Below, one piece after another: positions 51,225 through 61,157 of a stretch of 64,000 nucleotides of DNA. The translations under genes were made by a program, and so were the position numbers. The stretch's first letter is position 1; the number at the start of each line of letters is the position of its first letter. The stretch is from an uncultured Clostridia bacterium (GTDB lineage: Bacteria > Bacillota > Clostridia > Oscillospirales > CAG-272), in the NCBI GenBank assembly GCA_947588825.1, contig CANPZU010000004.1:21649-85648 (forward strand), given 5' to 3'. Below the pieces are notes generated by a model. It had not been told where the DNA came from. It ran no database searches and saw only the letters and a program-made list of their open reading frames with translations.

Positions 51225-51967
51225 TTCTCACAGAGGAAACCTATTACAGCCGCGAGGCAGATACCGCATTCTTCAGCGTGAGCCAGTATAAGTCATTCTG
51301 CCGCTGTCCTGCCGCTACGATGGCAAGACTGCGAGGAGAGTATGAACCACCCACGAACACGGCGTTCCTTGTCGGGGGATATTTCGACGCTTACTTTGAC
51401 GGAAGTCTTGAACGGTTCAAAGCGGAGCACCCGGAAATACTTGTGACAAGGGGCGAACGCAAGGGCGAACTGAAATCCGAGTTCCGGCAGGCAGAGGTGA
51501 TGATCGAGCGCGCCAAGAGTGACAAGCTGTTCATGAAATTCATGTCCGGCGAGAAGCAGAAGATCCTTACGGCTGACCTGTTCGGCGCTCCGTGGAAATG
51601 CAAACTGGATTCATTTTCGGAGGGTATCTGTATCACTGACCTAAAGACCTGCCAGAGTTTCGGGACGATACCGCGATACCGATACGACATTCAAGGCGCG
51701 ATATACCAGAAAATCGCGGAGCTGAACGGATACGGCAGACTGCCGTTTTACTTGGCGGCGTGCACGAAAGAAACCGTCCCGGGACTGCGGATTTTCCAGA
51801 TGCCGAATGAAGTCCTTGACCTTGCACTTAGTGAGGTGGAATCAAATATGCCCCTGTTCATTGCCATGAAGAACGGTGAGGAAGAAGCAACGCACTGCGG
51901 CTCTTGCGATTACTGCAAGAGTACGCAGGATGCGGAGATACACAGTTATTTGGAGCTTTTGGCTTGA
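51221..51967 (+). CDS. PD-(D/E)XK exonuclease, Cas4/RecB-like with Cys cluster
   Basis: An N-terminal Cys (FCRCPA) pairs with a C-terminal HCGSCDYC cluster. ITDLKT is a DxK-type motif. The gene is paired with recT. Confidence 0.65.
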   Translation: MILTEETYYSREADTAFFSVSQYKSFCRCPAATMARLRGEYEPPTNTAFLVGGYFDAYFDGSLERFKAEHPEILVTRGERKGELKSEFRQAEVMIERAKSDKLFMKFMSGEKQKILTADLFGAPWKCKLDSFSEGICITDLKTCQSFGTIPRYRYDIQGAIYQKIAELNGYGRLPFYLAACTKETVPGLRIFQMPNEVLDLALSEVESNMPLFIAMKNGEEEATHCGSCDYCKSTQDAEIHSYLELLA

Positions 51968-51974
51968 TGTGGCA

Positions 51975-52032
51975 GGCAAGGCACGGTGGAGTTGGTTGGG
52001 GCAAGGCTTGGCGAGGCACGGCGTGACAAGGC
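51975..52032. repeat. G-rich short repeats (GGCAAGGC x3, AGGCACGG x2) upstream of the recombinase
   Basis: Read directly. G(G/A)CAAGGC is at 51975-82, 52000-07 and 52025-32. AGGCACGG is at 51980-87 and 52014-21. Confidence 0.7.
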
Positions 52033-52075
52033 AAAAGAATCGCCGCAGTTGACGGCTACATCGAGGAATATTTGA

Positions 52076-52681
<606 letters not shown>

Positions 52682-52682
52682 T

Positions 52683-53018
52683 TTGACAAAGCAGGAAGCG
52701 ATCAACCTTGAGAGCGAGTGCGAAAAGCTTCTCTCGGATGCGCTCGGGAGAGAATGCACGGTGAGCATGGTTTTGACCGGAAACCTTAAAGTCACATTTG
52801 GCGAAAACTATGTTGCAATCTCAAAGCATGATTTGTTTACGCCGGATTATGTTGATTTTCACGGTTTTTATGATGATTTGACAGAGGCTGTCGTAAAAAT
52901 CCAGAAAGTATTTTCCGAGAACAAGGACAAATTCAAACTTCTTCTGGAATCGTACCACATGAACTTTGACGACGATCAAAACTACAAGGAAGTGAGGAAA
53001 GTAAAACAATGTTGGTGA
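52683..53018 (+). CDS. Hypothetical protein
   Basis: 111 aa with a TTG start. Confidence 0.5.
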   Translation: MTKQEAINLESECEKLLSDALGRECTVSMVLTGNLKVTFGENYVAISKHDLFTPDYVDFHGFYDDLTEAVVKIQKVFSENKDKFKLLLESYHMNFDDDQNYKEVRKVKQCW

Positions 53019-53221
53019 GGATAACAATATTTCTAATTATTTTGACGGTAATCTGGTGTTTTCTCATAAGGCTCTATTTAAAAGACGACTTCGAAAAAAT
53101 CATAAAACTTAGTTTCGACAAAAATTATTGTCCTTGGTATATCTGCATAACCGGAATTTTGATGTATACGGACATTGCTCTTATACTGGCAAGCGCATTT
53201 TACCTGCTGTTTTTGAGGTGA
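53009..53221 (+). CDS. Small membrane protein
   Basis: It has two TM helices. Confidence 0.5.
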   Translation: MLVRITIFLIILTVIWCFLIRLYLKDDFEKIIKLSFDKNYCPWYICITGILMYTDIALILASAFYLLFLR

Positions 53222-53238
53222 TAAGGAGGAAACGAAAA

Positions 53239-53571
53239 GTGAAAGAATTGCGAGTATATCACTCTTCGGATTCGTTCAGAAAACCATTCTTTGTCTGTGT
53301 TGACAGCGTTAAAGAGGGCGAGAAGGTTATGGACATTCTTAGGTTTTATGACTGGTTTCTGCGTGAGAACCACATAAAACCGGACTGCTCGGACACAAGG
53401 GAACTGCAGCTATTGCAGAGATATAACAAAAAATCTGAAGAGTGGGAAGAGTGGGATATCGCAACAGAAAACCATTACTTCGATGACGTGAGAGAATATC
53501 TTCTTTACGACAAGGAAACCGAAGAGTTTGCAAAGATGCTTCGTTCACAGCTTGAAGGAGGAAAGCCATGA
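53239..53571 (+). CDS. Hypothetical protein
   Basis: GTG 53239 follows the RBS AAGGAGGAAA. Confidence 0.55.
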   Translation: MKELRVYHSSDSFRKPFFVCVDSVKEGEKVMDILRFYDWFLRENHIKPDCSDTRELQLLQRYNKKSEEWEEWDIATENHYFDDVREYLLYDKETEEFAKMLRSQLEGGKP

Positions 53572-53960
53572 TCGCAACACTACGACAGGCTCTCGACGAC
53601 ATGGAGCGTGGAGTCTACGACTTTACGAAAGACGGAAAGTGTACGGGATGCGGCGAGTGCTGTAGCAATTTCCTTCCGCTGTCCGACCGGGAGATAAAAG
53701 ACATCAAGCGGTACATCGCAAAGCACCGCATCAAGGAGTGCAGGCGCGTTGCGCCGCTTGTAAAGCCTGCCGAGGATTGGCTATGTCCTTTCCTCGACGG
53801 AACGAAACCAAAGGACAAGTGCACCATATACCAAGTCAGACCGCAGATTTGCCGCGCGTTTGTATGCAATCAGCCTCCGAGCAAGGTTCGGGTGAACAAG
53901 GAACTGTTCTGGCGCACGCGGAAGCCGGTGGACATGAGACAAGAATTTTTCGGGAGGTAA
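53568..53960 (+). CDS. YkgJ-family cysteine-cluster protein
   Basis: CTGCGECCSNF...CPFLD...CTIYQVRPQICRAFVC. Confidence 0.7.
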   Translation: MIATLRQALDDMERGVYDFTKDGKCTGCGECCSNFLPLSDREIKDIKRYIAKHRIKECRRVAPLVKPAEDWLCPFLDGTKPKDKCTIYQVRPQICRAFVCNQPPSKVRVNKELFWRTRKPVDMRQEFFGR

Positions 53961-53962
53961 TT

Positions 53963-54301
53963 ATGGAGATTAAAAACGCACGTATTACAAGCACGATGCT
54001 CGGACGCGAAGACCACGGAATTATGACGTTTATGATTTTCGTGGAGCTTGACGGCGGTTCCTGCGGAATCGGTGGATACGCAATAGACCAATACAATGCC
54101 GCGACCAAAGGCAGAGAATTCTCCCCGAAAGGATTGGAAGCAATCAGCAGAATCCTTGAGACTGTCGGCGTGGGCGAATGGGAGAAGCTGAAAGGCTCAT
54201 ACATCCGCGTCGAGGACAACGGATGGGGAGGTCGGATAACCAAAATCGGGAATCTGATGAAAGACAAGTGGTTCGATATGGAGGAATTTTTCGGGAGGTA
54301 G
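53963..54301 (+). CDS. Hypothetical protein
   Basis: 112 aa. The RBS GGGAGG precedes ATG 53963. Confidence 0.6.
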   Translation: MEIKNARITSTMLGREDHGIMTFMIFVELDGGSCGIGGYAIDQYNAATKGREFSPKGLEAISRILETVGVGEWEKLKGSYIRVEDNGWGGRITKIGNLMKDKWFDMEEFFGR

Positions 54302-54303
54302 GC

Positions 54304-54456
54304 ATGCAAATACTTTGTTCAGTTTGTTCTTCAATTTCTGCTTTCACATTCGGGTGGAATTTATACAAATATGAGAAAGGGAAAGGAAGTGTATTTCCTG
54401 CCATCATATCGCTTATTTTTATCTGCATTTTTGAAATTATGTATTACATATATTAG
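54304..54456 (+). CDS. Small membrane peptide (50 aa)
   Basis: It has two hydrophobic segments. The RBS is GGGAGG. Confidence 0.45.
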   Translation: MQILCSVCSSISAFTFGWNLYKYEKGKGSVFPAIISLIFICIFEIMYYIY

Positions 54457-54562
54457 ACCGCGTATTTTCCGTTTTAAGCGGACTTTCGGTTTAGCCGACC
54501 AATTCCGCACGGAAAGCCGAAACGTCCAACCACGGAAATTCTACGTTCAAATAGGAGGTATT

Positions 54563-54916
54563 ATGAGGATTATATCACAGAAAGGCATTGAGCCTATGGT
54601 TGACCTGCCGTATGAGCAAGTGGCATTGGAAGCTGATTCATGTTTGATTCAAGCATATTTTGGAAATATGGGGAGGAAAATTGTCGCCAGATATTCCACG
54701 CCGGAGAAGGCGGAGAAAGCAATAGAGGAGCTTCACAAAGCATACATGGGAGTTTTTATCGCAAAAGAAATAGACGCTTCGCCGGATTTTGAAGAAGCAT
54801 TAAAGAGCACTTTGGCTCAAGGATTCGGAATAATTACAGTTAAAAAAGACTGCGAGAGCGCATCTTTTGAGCCTGCAAATATAGTATTCCGCTTCCCGGA
54901 AGATTCGGAGGTGTAA
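54563..54916 (+). CDS. Hypothetical protein
   Basis: The RBS AGGAGG precedes ATG 54563. Confidence 0.6.
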   Translation: MRIISQKGIEPMVDLPYEQVALEADSCLIQAYFGNMGRKIVARYSTPEKAEKAIEELHKAYMGVFIAKEIDASPDFEEALKSTLAQGFGIITVKKDCESASFEPANIVFRFPEDSEV

Positions 54917-54917
54917 C

Positions 54918-55328
54918 ATGAAAACGATTGAAGAATTAAGAAAAACGCCGCATCTGCTCATTGGCACGCTCGGAGCGGACGGATTCTCCGGCGAAGTACA
55001 CTTCGAGAAATGGAGCGGTTCGGTTGTCTGCTCGTGGGGCGGCGGTTGGGAGCACGTTTCCGTTTGTCCGTACAAGCACCACATTACGCCGTCATGGGAT
55101 GATATGTGCCGCATTAAGGATATGTTCTGGCGAGAGGATGAATGCGTGGTGCAGTATCACCCGCCGAAAAGCCAGTACGTCAACAACATGCAAAACTGCT
55201 TGCATCTATGGCGACCGATTGACGAGAAGATGCCCGCGCCGCCGTCCGTGATGGTTGGAAAGGCTGGCGGGCAGGACATTGTTGAATTTCTGACACAGGT
55301 GAAGAATCTTGTGGGAGGTGCGACATGA
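54918..55328 (+). CDS. Hypothetical protein
   Basis: A 136-aa ORF. Confidence 0.6.
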   Translation: MKTIEELRKTPHLLIGTLGADGFSGEVHFEKWSGSVVCSWGGGWEHVSVCPYKHHITPSWDDMCRIKDMFWREDECVVQYHPPKSQYVNNMQNCLHLWRPIDEKMPAPPSVMVGKAGGQDIVEFLTQVKNLVGGAT

Positions 55329-55483
55329 AGAACTGCGGAAACTGTAAATACCACGTCCATGAGGACATAGACGACGGATACGTGTGCGTGAACTCGGACA
55401 GCGAACACTGCGCGGACTGGACGGATGATGATTACTCATGCGAGGAATGGGTAGAAAAGGAAGACAGAAAGTTGGAGGGGTAG
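55325..55483 (+). CDS. Small Cys-rich ORF (52 aa)
   Basis: I translated it by hand as MKNCGNCKYH...CVN...C..W. It overlaps the upstream stop. Confidence 0.4.
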   Translation: MKNCGNCKYHVHEDIDDGYVCVNSDSEHCADWTDDDYSCEEWVEKEDRKLEG

Positions 55484-55485
55484 CT

Positions 55486-56412
55486 TTGTCTGACGTTGAA
55501 TGGATTAAGATTACGGTTGGAATGTTTGACAACAGGAAGATAAAGCACATAAGGAAACTGCCGGAGGGAAACAATATCGTCCTCATATGGGTGATGTTGC
55601 TGACGATGGCCGGAAGATGCAACGCAAGCGGATTTATATTTCTAACTGAAAATATTCCGTACACAACGAAGATGCTTGCAGATGAGCTCGGATTTGACGA
55701 GAGTGTGATTATGGTCGCGCTCGAGATACTTGAGAAATTTGACATGATACGAAGAGACGGAGATTTGCTCTCAATTCCCGGTTGGGAGGAGCATCAGAAC
55801 ACGGAGGGGCTTGAAAAAGTAAGAGAACAGACAAGAAAAAGGGTGTCGGAATATAGGGAAAAACAGAGAAAACAGGCAGAATTGCTTGAATGTAACGTTA
55901 CATGTAACGTTACAGAAACGTTACGTAACGCTACTGTAACGCAACAGAATAAGAATAAGAATATAGATAAAGAAAAAGAAGAAGAAAAAGATATATTAAC
56001 TATTTCTAACGAAATAGTTTGTCGGAAACAATCGCGGGAAATCATAGAAAGATGGAACAAATTACAAGATGTTGGCATAAAACCTGTGTCCCGTATTGCC
56101 GGAAACTCGGAAAGAAACGAGAGGTTAAAAGCCAGAATCAGACAGTATGGCATGGAAAAAGTTCTTTATGCGATCGAAAAGATACGCGAAAGCGATTTCC
56201 TGCAGGGGAAAAACCGGGACGGTTGGGCTATCACATTTGACTGGTTTGTCAAGCCGAATAACTTCCCAAAAGTGCTTGACGGTAATTATGACAACAGGAG
56301 CGGAACAAAAAGCTATCAGAGCCAGACAAAACAGATGCTCGACAGCAGTTACGAGATGATGGGTGACTGGGCGAGAAAGAGAATGGAGGGGGACGGAGAA
56401 AATGACACCTAA
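55486..56412 (+). CDS. Phage replisome organiser (N-terminal domain family)
   Basis: WIKITVGMFDNRKIKHIRKLPEGNNIVLIWVMLLTMAGRCN is the Phage_rep_org_N signature. The TTG start follows the RBS GGAGGGG. Confidence 0.7.
   Translation: MSDVEWIKITVGMFDNRKIKHIRKLPEGNNIVLIWVMLLTMAGRCNASGFIFLTENIPYTTKMLADELGFDESVIMVALEILEKFDMIRRDGDLLSIPGWEEHQNTEGLEKVREQTRKRVSEYREKQRKQAELLECNVTCNVTETLRNATVTQQNKNKNIDKEKEEEKDILTISNEIVCRKQSREIIERWNKLQDVGIKPVSRIAGNSERNERLKARIRQYGMEKVLYAIEKIRESDFLQGKNRDGWAITFDWFVKPNNFPKVLDGNYDNRSGTKSYQSQTKQMLDSSYEMMGDWARKRMEGDGENDT
55891..55942. repeat. Iteron cluster (GTAACG / AACGTTAC repeats), probable origin inside the organiser gene
   Basis: TGTAACGTTACATGTAACGTTACAGAAACGTTACGTAACGCTACTGTAACG was read directly. 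Confidence 0.7.
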
Positions 56413-57019
56413 AGAATTTGGAGAGCTTGCGGCGGCAATAAAGACATATTTTCCGAGAGACAATATGATTCCAACGGACAAGGCAATGGATTTGTGGTAT
56501 GAGGAGTTAAAAGACTTGCCTTATGCGGTCGCTCAGATTTCTTTGAGGAAATATGTCGCGACAAACAAATTTCCGCCTACGATCGCAGATATTCGGGAAA
56601 ACGCGGTCGCAGAAGAAGAACAGAACGAACTTTCCGCATGGCACATGGTCTACCGGGCAATCAGCGATTCTGCCTACCACGCGGACGAACGCTTCGCAGA
56701 ACTGCCGGATATAATCCAGAGGGCGGTCGCAAGCCCGGGGAACCTGCGCGAATGGGGGCAGATGGACACAGAGACGGTGAACAGCGTGATTCAGTCACAG
56801 TTCCTACGATCGTACCGCGCAGAGGTCAAGCGCGCGGCAGACCTGCGGAAACTCAGCCCGGATTTGCTGAAGCTGACCGGGATTGTCATGGACAAGCTAC
56901 CGCAGGCAGAGAAGAAAGCGGTTCCGTCAGAAGAGAGAGCCGAAGGTGTTCCTGCGCCGGAGGGGTTTATGGATGAAATAAGAGAGCGGTTATCAATGCG
57001 TGATAAGAACAGCGCATAA
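56402..57019 (+). CDS. G39P-like helicase loader
   Basis: FGELAAAIKTYFPRDNM...WYEELKDLPYAVAQISLRKYVATNKFPPTIADIRE follows the loader/inhibitor-of-G40P pattern. Confidence 0.6.
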   Translation: MTPKEFGELAAAIKTYFPRDNMIPTDKAMDLWYEELKDLPYAVAQISLRKYVATNKFPPTIADIRENAVAEEEQNELSAWHMVYRAISDSAYHADERFAELPDIIQRAVASPGNLREWGQMDTETVNSVIQSQFLRSYRAEVKRAADLRKLSPDLLKLTGIVMDKLPQAEKKAVPSEERAEGVPAPEGFMDEIRERLSMRDKNSA

Positions 57020-57047
57020 GGTGACGCGATGGGTGGCGGTGAGAATA

Positions 57048-57293
57048 ATGCAATCTATCTTTGAACTATGGGCGAATAGCTGCGCTGATAATGGTACGGA
57101 GTTATGGGAACTTGAAAGCGGCGACGGCGAAACGGGATTGTATTTGACGAAATCAAAATACCTTGTAAACCATGATTATTTTTATGATACACCTGTTTAT
57201 CATGTTTGGGAGAACGGGAAAAGCCTTATATCGACAACAAATATAGGTAGCGCATACACTGTCTGGAACAAGATTAAAAAGAAAGAGAGGTAA
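57048..57293 (+). CDS. Hypothetical protein
   Basis: An 81-aa ORF. Confidence 0.5.
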   Translation: MQSIFELWANSCADNGTELWELESGDGETGLYLTKSKYLVNHDYFYDTPVYHVWENGKSLISTTNIGSAYTVWNKIKKKER

Positions 57294-57298
57294 GCAAT

Positions 57299-57589
57299 AT
57301 GCTTGGAAACAATGCAGAACTGATAGCGGATCGCATGAGCGCTATTGCAGATGCAATCGAAAAACAGATACCGAAAAAGCCGGACAAGACAGGTGAAACA
57401 AGACAGGGAATAAATGGGGATGGCGAAAACGAAAATTACGTCAGCACGCAAGAAGATTTTTATGAGTGCCCTGCTTGCGGGAGTTTTCTCGGATATGTTG
57501 ATGAGTGCAAAGACGGAAATTATCAGTGCAATTATTGCCAGTGTTGCGGACAGGCTATTGATTGGGATATGGAATTTACTGAGCGATAG
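57299..57589 (+). CDS. Zinc-ribbon protein
   Basis: CPACG...CNYCQCCG. Confidence 0.55.
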   Translation: MLGNNAELIADRMSAIADAIEKQIPKKPDKTGETRQGINGDGENENYVSTQEDFYECPACGSFLGYVDECKDGNYQCNYCQCCGQAIDWDMEFTER

Positions 57590-57641
57590 CGCATGAGACT
57601 AAAAAATGGATAAGCGGATTCAAGAAAGGCGGTGATGCCAC

Positions 57642-57986
57642 ATGACAACAATCACACTCACGCATGGCTATTACATAGAGCAAAACAGCCGGGGATACTA
57701 TCTCAAGCAGAAATTCCAAAGCAAGGCGCGCGACGGAACACCGAAAGAGTCCGTACGGCAACATGGATACTTCGGGGATCTTGTCCCGGCGGTCGAGAAA
57801 TGCATCAAGCTGATTCAGAAAGATTACACGGACGGAGAAGAAATGATTCTGGAACGATGCGTGAAAAAAATTGAGGAAGCGAATAAGAATGCCGTGTGGG
57901 CGGTTATCAAGATTGAGAGAAATGGAGGGGAGCAGGATGGCGGCAAGCAGAACGGGAATGGAAAAAGTTATATGCCGAATGATTGA
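57642..57986 (+). CDS. Hypothetical protein
   Basis: A 114-aa ORF. Confidence 0.55.
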   Translation: MTTITLTHGYYIEQNSRGYYLKQKFQSKARDGTPKESVRQHGYFGDLVPAVEKCIKLIQKDYTDGEEMILERCVKKIEEANKNAVWAVIKIERNGGEQDGGKQNGNGKSYMPND

Positions 57987-58206
57987 GGATGGGAAGTCAA
58001 ACGCGGAAATCGCAAGGCTGAACGGTGTGAACTATAAGACAGTTGTGCGGTACAGGAAAATGACACAGGAAACCGGCTACAAGGTCGAGAAAACCATTTG
58101 CTCGGCAAATTATCCGCCACACTTCAAGCGGGACTGGACGGTTGCGGTAAACAGGCTGAGACGGTACATGGGGAAACGGGCATTCCCGATGCCAAAGGAG
58201 GATTGA
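57937..58206 (+). CDS. Small HTH protein
   Basis: MIEDGKSNAEIARLNGVNYKTVVRY is a resolvase/terminase-small-type HTH. Confidence 0.5.
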   Translation: MAASRTGMEKVICRMIEDGKSNAEIARLNGVNYKTVVRYRKMTQETGYKVEKTICSANYPPHFKRDWTVAVNRLRRYMGKRAFPMPKED

Positions 58207-58207
58207 G

Positions 58208-58750
58208 ATGGAAGAGATTAAGATTGGCGACAAAGCGTTAGTAGAAATGAATGTTGTCGGATGGGACAAAATCACCGGCGATTATCAGATGAGACCTAAA
58301 GAAGATACACGTACTTTTTTGGCATCAAAAGAAATTGTGCATCCGCTCCCCGCCAAGACCTACGGGGACGGCCTGCGGGAAGCGTGGGAGCTGGCGAAGA
58401 AAATAGTATTTTACGAGAAGAGAGGAGGCTTTTCAACATCGCAACTGGAAGAAATATTCGGGACGAGCGATTTTGACGACATAATTGACAGCCATACCGC
58501 GCAGGAAGCCGCCACGAAGATTGCGGAGTGGGAGAAAAAACAGGAAATACGCGTTGGAGATGTGGTCGAGTTTGTTGAGACTGGGATAAGAGGTCTTGTT
58601 ACAAGGGCAGACGACGACGGAGAAGATTTGTACATAGTGTGGGAAGACGGAAAAAACGGAAGATTTTATAAATCCAGAGAAAGTCTTAAAAAGACCGGCC
58701 GCGCCATCGACATTGTGGAGCTGTTGGCGCAGATTGGAGGGACGAAATGA
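58208..58750 (+). CDS. Hypothetical protein
   Basis: A 180-aa ORF. Confidence 0.6.
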   Translation: MEEIKIGDKALVEMNVVGWDKITGDYQMRPKEDTRTFLASKEIVHPLPAKTYGDGLREAWELAKKIVFYEKRGGFSTSQLEEIFGTSDFDDIIDSHTAQEAATKIAEWEKKQEIRVGDVVEFVETGIRGLVTRADDDGEDLYIVWEDGKNGRFYKSRESLKKTGRAIDIVELLAQIGGTK

Positions 58751-58751
58751 T

Positions 58752-58976
58752 ATGCCTACGTATTACAACAAGCGATTAAAGCCGTGCAAGACTTGCGGGA
58801 CAAAGCCGGTATTGGAGCATTGGACAAGCGGCGGGCCGGTGTATGCAGTCAGGTGCAATAATCCGGACAGACCGGATTCCTGCGATGAAGCGTTTTATTA
58901 TTCAATGTGCAATAACCCGGGCAAAGCAATAAGCCGGTGGAATGAATATCAAGAGAATGGAGGGACGCAACCATGA
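58752..58976 (+). CDS. Lar-family restriction-alleviation-like protein
   Basis: CKTCG...YAVRCNN..C......AISRWN matches my recollection of the Lar family pattern. Confidence 0.5.
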   Translation: MPTYYNKRLKPCKTCGTKPVLEHWTSGGPVYAVRCNNPDRPDSCDEAFYYSMCNNPGKAISRWNEYQENGGTQP

Positions 58977-59548
58977 CACGCTCAGAGATATTGCAGATTT
59001 CAAAGCCCATCCTTTTCAACACTGAGATGGTTCGGGCGATTCTGGGTGGTAAAAAAACGGTGACGCGGCGGGTTGTAAAGCCGCAGCCAGAAGGAATAAA
59101 CGACATTATTTATATGTGCAATGGGAATTGGTATATTTCTCCCGATGATTGCGGACAGGGCGAAACGCCGGTTAAACCACCATACGAGCCGGACTGTTAC
59201 CTATATGTCCGGGAAACATGGAACGGCTTGCCCGCAAGAGGAATATTTCCGGCAGAATTTTGGTACAAGGCAGACGAAAAGATGCTTAATCTTGATGAAA
59301 AATGGCGACCATCCATCCATATGCCGAAAGAAGCCGCCAGAATCTTCCTTCGGGTGACGGATGTGAGGGTGGAGAGGCTAAAGGACATGACCGCTGATTC
59401 CGCCATGAGCGAAGGATTTGCAGACTGGAACGACGTGGTGCGTGTATGGGACAGCACTATCCCACCAAAAGACCGCGACAAATACGGATGGGCGGCGAAT
59501 CCCTACGTGTGGGTGATTGAGTTTGAGAGAGTGGAGGTGACAGAATGA
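58973..59548 (+). CDS. ASCH-domain-like protein
   Basis: ILFNTEMVRAILGGKKTVTRRV...YVRETW is a motif typical of phage ASCH proteins. Confidence 0.5.
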   Translation: MTRSEILQISKPILFNTEMVRAILGGKKTVTRRVVKPQPEGINDIIYMCNGNWYISPDDCGQGETPVKPPYEPDCYLYVRETWNGLPARGIFPAEFWYKADEKMLNLDEKWRPSIHMPKEAARIFLRVTDVRVERLKDMTADSAMSEGFADWNDVVRVWDSTIPPKDRDKYGWAANPYVWVIEFERVEVTE

Positions 59549-59928
59549 GCATGATAAGTGAGCTTGTAGAAGATTTAAGATATCTTGAAAGACGTGAACG
59601 AGAGACAGGAGATACAAGCCATTATGCACAATGGTTCAAAAGCGCCGCAGACAACATCGAAGAACTTTCTACAAAACTCAGCGCCGCACAGATGGAGCGG
59701 TCGAGCCAGTATTATCACGGCGGTTGGATTCCGTGCGAGGAACGTATGCCAGAAATAACTATTGAAGATAGACATTCCGAAGATGTGCTTGTTGTACTTA
59801 AATGGTGGGATGCCGATATCACATATGAAGTTGGGTGGTATAACGCCAGTGGGAGATGGAATTATGATTGTGAGAATTGCAAAGTTATTGCGTGGCGTCC
59901 ATTGCCGGAACCGTATAGGGAGGTGTAA
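59545..59928 (+). CDS. DUF551-like protein
   Basis: GWIPCEERMPE...VLVV is characteristic of DUF551. Confidence 0.5.
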   Translation: MSMISELVEDLRYLERRERETGDTSHYAQWFKSAADNIEELSTKLSAAQMERSSQYYHGGWIPCEERMPEITIEDRHSEDVLVVLKWWDADITYEVGWYNASGRWNYDCENCKVIAWRPLPEPYREV

Positions 59929-59931
59929 CCG

Positions 59932-60093
59932 ATGGGAATTAGATATATCATCCGCACGCGCAAGCTGAAACGCATAATAAAAACCATCAAAAAATACTTT
60001 CCCGGAAATCTTAAGCACGATTCGCAGAGGAAAGAGTATCGGTTCACATGGACAGAATCACTTGAACGGGAATTGTGGGGTGGTAAGCGGTGA
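59932..60093 (+). CDS. Small basic ORF (53 aa)
   Basis: I translated it by hand. It is below the ORF-track cut-off. Confidence 0.35.
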   Translation: MGIRYIIRTRKLKRIIKTIKKYFPGNLKHDSQRKEYRFTWTESLERELWGGKR

Positions 60094-60302
60094 GGGCAAC
60101 GAAGTTTCGGATTGTAGACCACAACAGGAGAACGACAGATGAAATCGATTGCGGGAAAGTGATTGCCTTGCGCCGGGCAAAGTGGACAGTCAAGGAAATC
60201 GCCGAAGACATGGGAATCTCAACGATGGACGTTATCAAGACGATTGATGGGTACAAAAAGGGAGAGATAAAGATTCAAAACGAGGTGGAGTCCTATGATT
60301 GA
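60090..60302 (+). CDS. Small HTH protein
   Basis: RRAKWTVKEIAEDMGISTMDVIKTI. The start is GTG. Confidence 0.5.
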   Translation: MRATKFRIVDHNRRTTDEIDCGKVIALRRAKWTVKEIAEDMGISTMDVIKTIDGYKKGEIKIQNEVESYD

Positions 60303-61008
60303 GTGGAACAGTTTTGTCTGTGGCGACTGCATGGATTACCTGCCGGATTTTCCAGACAAGTATTTTGACCTTGCGATCGTAGACCCGCCTTACGGGATAG
60401 GTGAGGACGGCTCAAAAAATCACACAAGAGGAAAACTTGCAAAGCCAAGAGACTATAAGGGATATGCTGGGAACGACTTGAAAGCTCCAGATAAGGGATA
60501 CTTTGACGAACTTTTCAGAGTATCGAATAATCAGATTATATGGGGCGCAAACCATTTTATCAGCAAGATTCCATACGATTCTTCCTGTTGGATTGTCTGG
60601 GATAAAGTCAACGGAGACACGGACTTTGCAGACTGTGAACTGGCATGGACAAGTTTTCGTTCTGCAGTGAGAAAAGTCACATTTATGTGGAATGGAATGA
60701 TGCAAGGAAAAAGCGTCTATGACGGGGAGACGGTGCAAGGGAACAAGGCACTGAACGAGCACAGAATCCACCCAAACCAGAAACCCGTTGCGCTGTATGA
60801 TTGGATTCTCTCAAAGTACGCAAAACCCGGCGACAAGATTCTCGACACTCACACCGGGAGCGCATCGAGCCTGATTGCTTGCCACAAGAACGGGTTTGAC
60901 TACATCGGATTCGAGAAAGACCCGTATTATTATGAGTTGGCGAGGAATAGGTTGGAAGATTACAAGACACAAATAACGCTGTTTGATTTGGGGATGGAAA
61001 GGATATGA
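60295..61008 (+). CDS. DNA methyltransferase (N6-adenine/N4-cytosine family)
   Basis: It has the DPPY motif (LAIVDPPYGIG) and a C-terminal AdoMet-binding motif (ILDTHTGSASS). Confidence 0.8.
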   Translation: MIEWNSFVCGDCMDYLPDFPDKYFDLAIVDPPYGIGEDGSKNHTRGKLAKPRDYKGYAGNDLKAPDKGYFDELFRVSNNQIIWGANHFISKIPYDSSCWIVWDKVNGDTDFADCELAWTSFRSAVRKVTFMWNGMMQGKSVYDGETVQGNKALNEHRIHPNQKPVALYDWILSKYAKPGDKILDTHTGSASSLIACHKNGFDYIGFEKDPYYYELARNRLEDYKTQITLFDLGMERI

Positions 61009-61157
61009 AAAACATATGAACAAAATAGAACAAGAAAGAAAGGAGTAGCATCTATCCTAGTGAAACTAGGTTTTGTGCAGGAACTTCAACGGCTGTGTAC
61101 AAGTAAAATACAGAAGTAGATGGCTATAAGGTTTAGGCCGGAAACAGCCTAAATCGC

